A DNA stretch of 64,000 bases from an uncultured Chloroflexia bacterium. Its GTDB lineage: Bacteria; Chloroflexota; Limnocylindria; Limnocylindrales; CSP1-4. The position numbers were made by a program, and so were the translations under genes. The notes under the pieces are model-generated. The model was not told where the DNA came from, did not search any database, and was given only the letters and a program-made list of their open reading frames with translations. Of this stretch, positions 30,291 to 39,190 are shown piece after piece (position 1 is the stretch's first letter; the number at the start of each line of letters is the position of its first letter). The stretch spans positions 96,001 through 160,000 of the forward strand of contig CAVRGP010000006.1 of NCBI GenBank assembly GCA_963720755.1, in the 5' to 3' direction.

Positions 30291-31450
30291 CCGGCCGACC
30301 GGCCACGGTCCTCATCGCGCCCGACTCGTTCAAGGGCTCGCTGACCTCGGTCGATGTCGCCCAGGCGCTCGCCGACGGCTGGCGCCGGGCCCGGCCCGAG
30401 GACACGATCCTGCTCTGCCCGCTCGCGGATGGAGGCGAAGGCACCCTCGAATCGGTCGCCGGGGCGGGCGGCTGGGATTGGCAGGAGATGATCGTTGCCG
30501 ATCCCCTGCACCGACCGGTCCGGGCCCGCTGGCTGCGGTCGTCCGATGGCACGCGGGCCGTCATCGAGATGGCCGAATCCTCGGGCCTGTCGCGTGTGGC
30601 TCCACCCGATCGCGATGCCGTCCACGCGACATCGACCGGACTCGGCGAGCTGCTGGCCGCGGTCGCGGCTTCCGGGGTCGGCGAGGTCATCCTCGGGATC
30701 GGCGGGAGCGCCACCACGGACGGCGGACTCGGGATGCTCGTCGCGCTCGGGCTGGACTACACCCCACGGACAGAGGCGAGCAGACCGCCCCGGGGGATCC
30801 CGGCCGATCTCGCCGGCGTCGACCCGACCGGGCTGGCCCCGGCGCTGGCTCACGTCCGGCTGTCCGTCGCCTGCGACGTGACCAACCCGCTCCTCGGTCC
30901 GGACGGCGCGGCCGCTGTCTACGGCCCACAAAAGGGAGCGACGCCGGACCAGGTCGTCGATCTCGATGGCCGGATCGGCCACCTGGGCGACTTGCTGGAT
31001 CGAGCCCTCGACTGGCCTGTGTCGCTGCGTGACCAACCGGGGGCCGGTGCGGCGGGCGGCGTCGGATTCGCGCTGATGGCGATCCAGCGCTCGTTCGCGG
31101 CATTCGCGCTCCGTCCGGGTGTCGATCTCGTGATGCACGCGACCGATTTTGACGCGCGACTCGCCCGCGCCGACCTGGTCATCACCGGCGAAGGGCGGAT
31201 CGATGCCCAGACCGCCTTCGGCAAGACGGCGCTCGGCGTGGCCAGGCGATCGCGGACGGCCGGCGTTCCGTGTGTCGCCGTCGGCGGCGGCGTGGAACCC
31301 GAAGGGGTCGAAGCGCTGGCCGCGGTCGGGGCGATCGCGGTGCCGGTCATCGAGGGCCCGAGGTCGGTCGAGGCGGCGATGGCGGCCGGGCGGGCGCCCC
31401 TGGAACGGACCGGCGAACGGCTGGCCCGGCTCATCGCGCTCCAGGTCTGA
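30287..31450 (+). CDS. Glycerate kinase (GlxK/GarK family)
   Basis: 'IAPDSFKGSL', 'ADGGEGT', 'GIGGSATTDGG', 'CDVTNPL.G..GAA.VYGPQKGA', 'TGEG..D.QT..GK'. Confidence 0.93.
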   Translation: MTGRPATVLIAPDSFKGSLTSVDVAQALADGWRRARPEDTILLCPLADGGEGTLESVAGAGGWDWQEMIVADPLHRPVRARWLRSSDGTRAVIEMAESSGLSRVAPPDRDAVHATSTGLGELLAAVAASGVGEVILGIGGSATTDGGLGMLVALGLDYTPRTEASRPPRGIPADLAGVDPTGLAPALAHVRLSVACDVTNPLLGPDGAAAVYGPQKGATPDQVVDLDGRIGHLGDLLDRALDWPVSLRDQPGAGAAGGVGFALMAIQRSFAAFALRPGVDLVMHATDFDARLARADLVITGEGRIDAQTAFGKTALGVARRSRTAGVPCVAVGGGVEPEGVEALAAVGAIAVPVIEGPRSVEAAMAAGRAPLERTGERLARLIALQV

Positions 31451-31646
31451 CCGAGGCGAATCGCGGCCGGACCCGACGGGACGGCGTCAAGACGGCCAAA
31501 CGTCCCGGTCACGAACTTCCGGCGCTCGCGGGCACCGGGCTTCCGTGCGCGGTCCCGTGGGCGCCGGGACCAATGTCTCATTGTCGCCCCGTGACGTGAC
31601 CGGCAGGATTTCGCAATCTCCCGCAATCATCCAGGGAAGTGAGATC

Positions 31647-32111
31647 GTGCCGAGCCTTCGTACACCCGGAACTCAGACCCGGCGATCCCGCCGTCGACCG
31701 CGCTCGCGTGGCCAGGCGCTCGTCGAATTCGCCCTGATCCTGCCGGTCTTCCTCCTGATCCTGTCAGGCGTGCTCGACTTCGGGTTCATGCTCTACTCGC
31801 GGATGACCGTCATCAATGCGAGCCGCGAGGGCGCCCGGCTGGCCGTGACCGCGGCCGACCCGACGACCATCCCGAGCATCGTCAAGGGCCAGGTCCTGGC
31901 GGTCTCCGGCGGTCTGGTCAAGTCCGACGTGGCGATCGCCACGTCGTGCGTCGCGATCGTCTCACCGTCCTGCAGCTGGAACACCAAGACGTCCTCGCAG
32001 GCCGGTGACGCCGTCAACGTCACGGTGAGCTACCAGTACCACACGTTCTTCCCCTTGCTCTTCGGACAGACCATCGACCTCGCGTCCACCGTCCAGATGG
32101 TCAGGGAGTAG
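31647..32111 (+). CDS. TadE-like minor pilin
   Basis: Prepilin motif 'RGQALVEFALILP', 'DFG', 'NASREGAR'. Confidence 0.85.
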   Translation: MPSLRTPGTQTRRSRRRPRSRGQALVEFALILPVFLLILSGVLDFGFMLYSRMTVINASREGARLAVTAADPTTIPSIVKGQVLAVSGGLVKSDVAIATSCVAIVSPSCSWNTKTSSQAGDAVNVTVSYQYHTFFPLLFGQTIDLASTVQMVRE

Positions 32112-32116
32112 CCCGA

Positions 32117-33802
32117 GTGTTCAAGGTCCGCACTGACGAGAGGTCCACCGTCGAGCACAGTGCGCCGGCGCTCGAAGACCGGCGCCCCCGCCAGCAGGGG
32201 CAGATCCTTGTCCTGTTCACGATCGTCCTGGTCGGGATGCTCGCCTTCGCCGCCCTCGTCGTCGATGTCGGGGTGCTGCGGAACGACCGGCAGACGCTGT
32301 CGAACACGATGGACGCGGCGGCCCTGGCCGGCGGGACCCTCCTGCCCGTGGACGGCTCCCTGCCCGGGGCTGCGGCGAAGATGAACAACCTGATCGTGAA
32401 GATCGTCAAGGCGAACTTCCCCAGCCTGCCCAGTTCCGCGTACACGATCTCGTACATGTGCCTGATCGGCGTGGACACCAGCAGTCCGCCCAAGCCCTAT
32501 ATCTCCCGCGATATCCCGCTCGTCTGCGACCCGAGCAAGTCGCTCGGGCGCGCCCCCGTCGCCAGCGACTTCCATGGCGCGGGCCCGACCCGGTTCTCAT
32601 CGTGCAACCCGGCCGTCGGCGACAAGTGCAATGTCGTCCAGGTGGCCGGCAACGCGACCACGCCGTTCACGTTCGCCCGGGTCGTCGGCGTCGATCAAGG
32701 CAACACCGGCATCGTCACTTCGGCGGCGTGCAACGGTCCGTGCGGTCAGTCGCCGCTGACCCCGGTGGACGTCGTGATGATCATCGACCGCACCGGCAGC
32801 ATGAGCGGCCTGGACACGACCAACGCGAAGGCCGCCGCAAACTCGATCATCCCGACCTACGACCCGTCACTCCAGTGGCTGGCCCTGGGCACGCTGGGTC
32901 CGAGCGTCACGTCCGGCGGCTGCGTGGCCGGTGGGGCTAGTTCGATCGGGACGGCGAATGCCCCCGCCGACCTGCGCCGATGGGTGCCTATCGGCCTGAG
33001 CGGCACCGGGTCGTCGTTCAGCACGAACTACACCAAGGTTACGAACGCGATCAACTGCTACACGAATTCGAGCACCGGCACGGACCTCGCAGATCCGGTG
33101 ACGATGGCCGTCTATGAGCTGTTGAACAACGGCCGGCCCGGTGTCCGGAAGGGGATCATCCTCGAGACGGACGGCCAGCCGAACAACGCCGTCGGCAGCG
33201 GGCCTAACTATTGCAACCTGGCGGCCGCAGCGGCCACCGCCGCGAAGGCCAAGAACATCGAGGTCTTCACCATCGGGTTCGGGCTCGATGCGGCGAGCGG
33301 CGGCGATCCGAAGTGTCCTGACACCTCGGGTACCTGGAAGGGCCAGACGGCGACCGCGCTCCTCGCCAGCATGGCCACCTCGCCGATCGTCGGGACCACG
33401 ACCTGCGACGCCGCCGAGAACAACGACGGCGATCACTTCTTCTGCATCGGCAAGACGGGTGCCTCGACCGACCTGTCGAACATCTTCAAGGCGGCCGCGG
33501 CCCAGCTCGCCAAGGGCGGTTCGCACCTGGTCCAGCTCTACCCGGTGCCGGTCCTGACGGGTATCGGCCCGAACAAGGGCACCCACCTTGGCGGCACGAC
33601 CGTGACGATCAGCGGCCAGTACTTCACCGGGGCCACCTCGGTCACGTTCGGTGGGAGCTCCGTGAGCTTCACCGTGACGAGCGACTCGACCATCACCGCC
33701 ACGGCGCCGGCCGGAGCGATCGGGAACAGCACCGACATCGTCGTACGGACACCCGGCGGGGCGACCAGCGTCTCCTCTGCCGGCAAGTACACCTGGAACT
33801 GA
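32117..33802 (+). CDS. TadG-like pilus tip protein with vWA and IPT/TIG domains
   Basis: 'QGQILVLF...VDVG...DAAALAG'; MIDAS 'DRTGSMS', 'ETDGQPN', 'FTIGFG'; IPT 'P..G...GGTTVTISG..F'. Confidence 0.85.
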   Translation: MFKVRTDERSTVEHSAPALEDRRPRQQGQILVLFTIVLVGMLAFAALVVDVGVLRNDRQTLSNTMDAAALAGGTLLPVDGSLPGAAAKMNNLIVKIVKANFPSLPSSAYTISYMCLIGVDTSSPPKPYISRDIPLVCDPSKSLGRAPVASDFHGAGPTRFSSCNPAVGDKCNVVQVAGNATTPFTFARVVGVDQGNTGIVTSAACNGPCGQSPLTPVDVVMIIDRTGSMSGLDTTNAKAAANSIIPTYDPSLQWLALGTLGPSVTSGGCVAGGASSIGTANAPADLRRWVPIGLSGTGSSFSTNYTKVTNAINCYTNSSTGTDLADPVTMAVYELLNNGRPGVRKGIILETDGQPNNAVGSGPNYCNLAAAAATAAKAKNIEVFTIGFGLDAASGGDPKCPDTSGTWKGQTATALLASMATSPIVGTTTCDAAENNDGDHFFCIGKTGASTDLSNIFKAAAAQLAKGGSHLVQLYPVPVLTGIGPNKGTHLGGTTVTISGQYFTGATSVTFGGSSVSFTVTSDSTITATAPAGAIGNSTDIVVRTPGGATSVSSAGKYTWN

Positions 33803-33853
33803 CCGCCGCACCCATCATCGTCCCGGCGCCCGAAGACCCGCCGGGACCACTCG

Positions 33854-33895
33854 AGAGGCGCCTTTTCTCCGGGGGGAAGGGCGCCTCTTCGATTT
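33854..33895 (+). terminator. Putative intrinsic terminator
   Basis: AGAGGCGCC...GGCGCCTCT stem after the Tad cassette; weak U-tract. Confidence 0.55.
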
Positions 33896-33928
33896 GACGT
33901 CGTTCCGTGGACCGTCAACGATTGGCCC

Positions 33929-34762
33929 GTGCCGACCGCCAGCCGCACCCCGACCCGCCGAGCGCGGCCCCGCAAGCGCCGCTTCTCCGACCCGGGGCGA
34001 ACCTGGGCGAAGCGCCTCGAGCGGTATCGGCCGGGTCTCGTGGCGTTCGTGCTCGATGAACTCGGGGCCGCCTACGGCCGCCCGACCTGGGAGCGCCGGC
34101 TCGGCCCGACCAGCGAATTGATCCTGACGATCCTCACCCAGAACAGCGCGGACACGAATGCAGAGGTCGCGTTCCAGGCGCTGCGAGATCGCTATCCAGG
34201 TGACGGCGAGGCACGTCCGCACAACCCGGGCAAGGGCTGGGGCGGCGATGGATTGCCGGACGGGGTCGCGCCGGACTGGTCGGCCATCGAGCACGCGCCG
34301 CTTCCCGAGCTGGTCGACACCATCCGACCGGGCGGCCTCGCCAACCAGAAGGCGCCCCGGATCCAGGCCACGCTCCGGAGGATCCGCGAGGAGCGCGGCG
34401 ACTATTCGCTCGAGTTCCTCGGCCAGTTGGCCGCGCTCGAGGCGCGTGACTGGCTGACCGGGATCGACGGGATCGGCAAGAAGACGGCGTCGGTCCTGCT
34501 CCTGTTCTCGTTCGGGCTGCCGCTCATGCCGGTCGACCGGCATGTCGAGCGGGTCGCTCATCGGGTCGGTCTCGTGGGACCCAAGGTGTCGGCCGACGAT
34601 GCCCACGACCTGTTCCTCGGGATGCTCGAACCCGACCAGATGTACGAAGCGCACGTCAACCTCATCCAGCACGGCCGGAAGGTCTGCCACGCGCAGCGAC
34701 CCGACTGCGATCATTGCCCGCTGCGGCTCCGCTGCCGGTACGTGGACCCGAAGGCTCTCTGA
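33929..34762 (+). CDS. nth: Endonuclease III family HhH-GPD glycosylase
   Basis: 'TILTQN..D', 'GIGKKTA', 'PVDRHVER', Fe-S motif 'CHAQRPDCDHCPLRLRC'. Confidence 0.85.
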   Translation: MPTASRTPTRRARPRKRRFSDPGRTWAKRLERYRPGLVAFVLDELGAAYGRPTWERRLGPTSELILTILTQNSADTNAEVAFQALRDRYPGDGEARPHNPGKGWGGDGLPDGVAPDWSAIEHAPLPELVDTIRPGGLANQKAPRIQATLRRIREERGDYSLEFLGQLAALEARDWLTGIDGIGKKTASVLLLFSFGLPLMPVDRHVERVAHRVGLVGPKVSADDAHDLFLGMLEPDQMYEAHVNLIQHGRKVCHAQRPDCDHCPLRLRCRYVDPKAL

Positions 34763-34908
34763 GCCAGGTCCGGGACCGCGCGGCCCGGCCGTTCCGCGAA
34801 ATCCGGCGCATCGAGGCACCACGAACCGCGCCGGAGACGGATCCACCCCTAGTCAGGTCCGGGGCCTGCGGCTACCGTTACCGTGTATCCATCTATGAGG
34901 TACCACAG

Positions 34909-35973
34909 TTGATCCAGGAACCGACCCCGCTGACCCCGATGCCGACCGGGTTCGAACCGAGTCCGGCGCCGCGGCGACCGCGCTCATCTGCGCCGTGGCT
35001 CGTCGCCGTCGTCATCGCACTGTTCGTGGGTGCCGTGTCGTTCGCCTGGGTCCTGGCCGCGAGCCCGACCTCCCCGACCGCGGCCGCGGCGGGCGCCACG
35101 GCAGCGGCAACGCCGGCCGCCCCGACAGCGACCAAGGATCCCGACGGCGACAAGTCGGGCAAGGGACGCGGCTTCGGCTGGGCGAATGGCTTGTCGAAGA
35201 TCGGCAAGTTCGGCTTCGGGCAGGACTTCGGCAAGGGCAAGGGCGCCGTGCGCGGGCCGATCACCATCAAGTCGATCAACGGTTCGGATCTCCATCTCGG
35301 TACGGACGATGGATGGACCCGGACGATCACCGTCACCGCCGATACGAAGATCACCAAGGGCGGCCAGACCATCGCGGTCGGTGCCCTCAAGGTCGGTGAC
35401 GAGGTCCGCCTCAACCAGACGCGGAACGCGGACGGCACGTACACGATCACGGCGATCGTCGTGCCGACACCCAAGACCGGTGGCGAGGTCACCGCGGTCA
35501 GCGGCAACCAGATCACCATCAAGAAGCGCGACGGGTCGGCCCAGGTGGTCACGGTGAACGGTTCGACCGTCTACACCCTTGGCAAGGCCGCCGGCTCGAA
35601 GGCCGATGTGACGGTCGGCGTCGATATCGCCGCCGAGGGCACGCTCGTCGGCACCGACTTCACCGCGCTGTCCGTCCATGTCGCCCTGGCGAATGTCGGA
35701 GGCGAAGTGACGGCCAAGAGCAGCAACACGATCACGGTCAAGGGTCGCGATGGGACCGAGACCGTCATCCACGTCTCGTCCACGACGACCTTCAAGGTCC
35801 GGGGCGCGGATCCGGCGACCATCGCCGACATCGCGGTCGGGGACTTCGTCGGGGCCGACGGGGTCCTGCGGGCGAACGGCTCGCTCGATGCGGTCGGCGT
35901 CTTCGGCATCGGCCCGAAAGGCGACTGGGGCAAGCCGAAGCCGTCTCCCACCACGAACACCACCCCAGGCTGA
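34909..35973 (+). CDS. Membrane-anchored repeat protein (DUF5666-like)
   Basis: TM helix, then three beta-rich repeats 'G.V.A......IT.....G....V.V...T'; TTG start with GAGG SD. Confidence 0.7.
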   Translation: MIQEPTPLTPMPTGFEPSPAPRRPRSSAPWLVAVVIALFVGAVSFAWVLAASPTSPTAAAAGATAAATPAAPTATKDPDGDKSGKGRGFGWANGLSKIGKFGFGQDFGKGKGAVRGPITIKSINGSDLHLGTDDGWTRTITVTADTKITKGGQTIAVGALKVGDEVRLNQTRNADGTYTITAIVVPTPKTGGEVTAVSGNQITIKKRDGSAQVVTVNGSTVYTLGKAAGSKADVTVGVDIAAEGTLVGTDFTALSVHVALANVGGEVTAKSSNTITVKGRDGTETVIHVSSTTTFKVRGADPATIADIAVGDFVGADGVLRANGSLDAVGVFGIGPKGDWGKPKPSPTTNTTPG

Positions 35974-36033
35974 TCGTCCCACCCGGTACGATCGGGGCAT
36001 TGGTCCGCCCGCCTCGCGCCCTACAATGCCGCC

Positions 36034-36654
36034 ATGGTCTGGGACACGGGATTTACCAACGACGGCGGGCTCAGGGACGAAGGCGCTGAACAGCACCGCG
36101 AGCCGATCGAACTCATCGGCACCCACCTTCGGCTGACGGGCACCGTCGCGCTTGGCCGGTTCGGTCGCCTGACCGACTTCGTCAATGCCTCGAGCGGGTA
36201 CATCCGGATCCAGGATGCGCGCCTCCTCCGCCGGAACGGCGATCCGACGAACCTGGTCCTGCCGGAACTCATGGTCGATCAGGACGAGATCTCGTTCATC
36301 GCCCAGCAGGAAGTCCACGCCTCGGCCGAGCTGCACGCCACGGGCTTCATCGAGGATCGGGCCGCAGCAGCGCCTGGCGTCGAGAACCGCACGCCTCGTG
36401 AGTTCGTGATGTTCACGCCTGGCCACACGGTCACGGGCAAGGTCTTCGTGTTCGGGCAAACGGACCTGGCGGGGTTCGTCGACGCCAGCGATCCACGCTT
36501 CGTCCCGGTCAAGGACGTGACCGCACGCTCGCTGGCCGATCGCCGGGTCATCAGCCATTTCCCGTTCGTGCTGATCAATCGCACCCAGATGATCGCTGCA
36601 TCGGAGATCGGGCGAGCGGGCGACGTGAACGCCGACGACGTCCCGGATCTTTGA
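36034..36654 (+). CDS. Hypothetical protein with internal duplication (DUF6812-like)
   Basis: Two halves align ('LTGTV...RLTDFVN' vs 'VTGKV...DLAGFVD'); TACAAT 6 nt upstream of the ATG. Confidence 0.65.
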   Translation: MVWDTGFTNDGGLRDEGAEQHREPIELIGTHLRLTGTVALGRFGRLTDFVNASSGYIRIQDARLLRRNGDPTNLVLPELMVDQDEISFIAQQEVHASAELHATGFIEDRAAAAPGVENRTPREFVMFTPGHTVTGKVFVFGQTDLAGFVDASDPRFVPVKDVTARSLADRRVISHFPFVLINRTQMIAASEIGRAGDVNADDVPDL

Positions 36655-36705
36655 GGACGTCCCGGCCCGCGTAGTCCAGCCTCCAGCCACTGCTATCCTC
36701 GGACG

Positions 36706-37455
36706 ATGTCGAGCCTCTGGCCGGGTGGGCAGCGGGTGCAGGCCCCCCGGATCCTCATCGTCGATGACGACCCGAACCTGCTGATCCTGCTCGCCGAGCA
36801 GCTCCGAGCGGACGGGTTCGAGACGGCCACGGCCCGCGACGGCGTCGAGGCTCTCAGGCGCCTGGAGATCTCCTGGCCGGACCTGCTGATCATCGACATG
36901 ATGATGCCGCGGATGGACGGACTGTCGCTCGCACGCGAGATCAAGTCGAGGGCGGATCTCCCGGTCATCGTCCTGTCGGCGATCGATGCGGGCGACTCCA
37001 AGGCGGACCTGCTCGAGGAGGTCGCCGAGGACTACGTCACCAAGCCCTACCACTACCCGGAGCTGCGGGCCCGGATCAATCGTGTCCTGAGGCGGCTCGG
37101 CGACAAGGTCCCTCGCCAGAGTCTCGTCCTCGGTCCGGACCTGACCCTGGATCTCCACCGGCGCGAGGCGACGGTCGGCGGTCGGGTGGTCGAGCTGACA
37201 CCGACCGAATCCCGCCTGCTTTATGCGCTGGCCGCCAACCTCGGACAGACCGTGCCGACCGAGTCCCTCCTCGCCCGAGGCTGGGCCGACACGGATGGGG
37301 CCGATCCCTCGTACGTGTGGGTCACGATGCGGCGGCTGCGCCAGAAAGTCGAGGTCGATCCCAACAAGCCGATCCACCTCCAGACCGTCCGTGGGGTTGG
37401 ATACCGACTCGTGTCGAAAGCGACGGATCCCGTGGCTGGGTCGCCCGGTGACTGA
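36706..37455 (+). CDS. OmpR-family response regulator
   Basis: 'ILIVDDD', 'DMMMPRMDG', 'YVTKP', 'LTPTE', 'RRLRQK.E.DP..P..LQTVRGVGY'. Confidence 0.92.
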   Translation: MSSLWPGGQRVQAPRILIVDDDPNLLILLAEQLRADGFETATARDGVEALRRLEISWPDLLIIDMMMPRMDGLSLAREIKSRADLPVIVLSAIDAGDSKADLLEEVAEDYVTKPYHYPELRARINRVLRRLGDKVPRQSLVLGPDLTLDLHRREATVGGRVVELTPTESRLLYALAANLGQTVPTESLLARGWADTDGADPSYVWVTMRRLRQKVEVDPNKPIHLQTVRGVGYRLVSKATDPVAGSPGD

Positions 37456-37464
37456 CGGCGACCG

Positions 37465-38883
37465 ATGACCGACGGTGATCGCCCGCCTGGAATGAGCTTC
37501 CGCAACCGACTGACCGGGGCGTTGATGCTCGCGTCGCTGGGGCCGCTGGCCATCTTCGCCATCTTCGTCCTGACCGTCGGCGTCGCGCTGGGTGGGCCGA
37601 CGGCCGATGCGAACCTGGAGCGGCTTCTGCTCTTCGGGTTGACAATCGTGGCGGTCTTCTCGATCCTCGGTTCCTACCTGCTCGTCGGTGACCTGACCCG
37701 GCCGTTGCGCGATGTAGCACAGGCCGTCGATCGCGTGTCGTCCGGCGACCTGTCCACCCCGATCCGGGTCGCCGGCGACGACGAGCTGGCCCGCCTCGCC
37801 GACAGCCACAACACGCTGGCCGCATCGCTCGAGCGGCGCAACCGCGAACTGGACCGGATCCTGGCGGCCATCGAGGCGATGTCGCCCCGTGACGGCGTGG
37901 AGAACCTCGTCCGGCGCGCGGGTGAGGACGCGCGGGTCGCGTTCGGGTTGATCGATGCCGCCGTGATCCTCGGCGATCCGGCGCTGGTGCCCGAGGTCGA
38001 AGCGGTCGCCGGTGAGGTGCGCCAGGTGCGAACCGTCCTCGGCGATGGCAAGGACGAGTTCGGCGTGCTCGTCGGGCGGCTGCCGGCGACTCGGCGCTGG
38101 GAGCCCGCCGATCAGGATCTCCTCAAGCTGTTCACCAGCGAGGTCGCCATCGCCATCAGGAACGCGGAGCTGTTCGGCCAGGTCGAGAGCCAGAACGCCA
38201 AGCTGCTGGAGCTCGATGCCGCCAAGGACGACTTCCTTCGGGGCGTCAGCCACAACCTCCAGACGCCGCTCACGAGTATCCGGGCGTACGCCGAGCAGCT
38301 CGAGGCCGATCATCCCGATCGACGGCTCGCGATCATCTCCGAGCAGGCCGAGCGACTGTCCCGGATGGTCCGTCAGCTGCTGACCGTGAACCGACTCGAG
38401 TCCGGCGCGCTTCGACCACGGGCCGAGGTGTTGTCGCTGGCGACGCGTGCGCGACGAGCCTGGGAAGCGCTCGGCGCCGACGACGTCCAGTTCACCCTCG
38501 ACGATCAATCCGGCGGCTGGCTCGCCATCGCCGACGGGGACCATCTCGATCAGGTGCTGTGGGCCCTGCTCGACAACGCGCTCAAGTACGGCGGGCGAAC
38601 GCCGATCAGCGTCGCCATCTCGGTGGACACGGAGGCGGCGCGCCTGCGCATGACGATCTCCGACCGCGGGCCGGGCATCGGGCCGGAGGATCGGTCGAGA
38701 CTCTTCGCGCGGTTCGCCCGGGGCGACAACGGCATATCGAGCGAGGGCAGCGGCCTTGGGCTCTACGTGTCGAGGGAACTGTGCCGGGCCATGGGCGGCG
38801 AACTCAGCCTCGCCGACGACCACGTCGGGCTGGGCAGCACGTTCAGCATCCGCCTCCCGGGCGAGCCGGGAACCGAGGCGTGA
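37465..38883 (+). CDS. Sensor histidine kinase (2 TM-HAMP-GAF-like-HisKA-HATPase)
   Basis: H-box 'SHNLQTPLTSI', N-box 'LLDNALKY', 'DRGPGI', 'GSGLGL'. Confidence 0.9.
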   Translation: MTDGDRPPGMSFRNRLTGALMLASLGPLAIFAIFVLTVGVALGGPTADANLERLLLFGLTIVAVFSILGSYLLVGDLTRPLRDVAQAVDRVSSGDLSTPIRVAGDDELARLADSHNTLAASLERRNRELDRILAAIEAMSPRDGVENLVRRAGEDARVAFGLIDAAVILGDPALVPEVEAVAGEVRQVRTVLGDGKDEFGVLVGRLPATRRWEPADQDLLKLFTSEVAIAIRNAELFGQVESQNAKLLELDAAKDDFLRGVSHNLQTPLTSIRAYAEQLEADHPDRRLAIISEQAERLSRMVRQLLTVNRLESGALRPRAEVLSLATRARRAWEALGADDVQFTLDDQSGGWLAIADGDHLDQVLWALLDNALKYGGRTPISVAISVDTEAARLRMTISDRGPGIGPEDRSRLFARFARGDNGISSEGSGLGLYVSRELCRAMGGELSLADDHVGLGSTFSIRLPGEPGTEA

Positions 38884-39144
38884 TCCCTGGCAGCTCAGCA
38901 CGATCCGGCTTCCCCCGGTGATCGAGGCTCTCGTCGCCTCGCAGTCCTTCGTCCCCTCGCGTTCCTTTCACGATGTGCGGAACCGCTAGGGATTCCCCGC
39001 CGGCACCAGACCGGGGACAGGAGGGCAGGACTTCCGGGTGACTTGTCTGCCACTTCTGGGCGACCCACTGTGGACCGATGAAGCGAGCCACCACCGCGAT
39101 CCCGTGGTTCACGAACGCAACGGACGCTGGTGAAATTCAAGAAT

Positions 39145-39190
39145 GGCAAGGTACGGCGAAAGGTTGCCCGGATAGCCTCCGTACCATGCC
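39145..39190 (+). promoter_or_regulatory. Inverted repeat overlapping a -10 box and the start codon
   Basis: GGCA-A-GGTACGG...CCGTACC-A-TGCC; TAGCCT at 39173-78; ATG at 39186. Confidence 0.4.

Noticed and set aside
34984-38901. 1305-aa minus-strand ORF (also 4064-6082, 28170-29984, 48869-51148 and similar)
   Set aside because: Antisense or off-frame shadow of well-supported genes; long stop-free frames are expected at this GC and codon bias
39130-39190. c-di-GMP-I riboswitch upstream of the Tad cassette
   Set aside because: GGCAA and GAAA are present, but the GACGCAAA junction and second stem are missing
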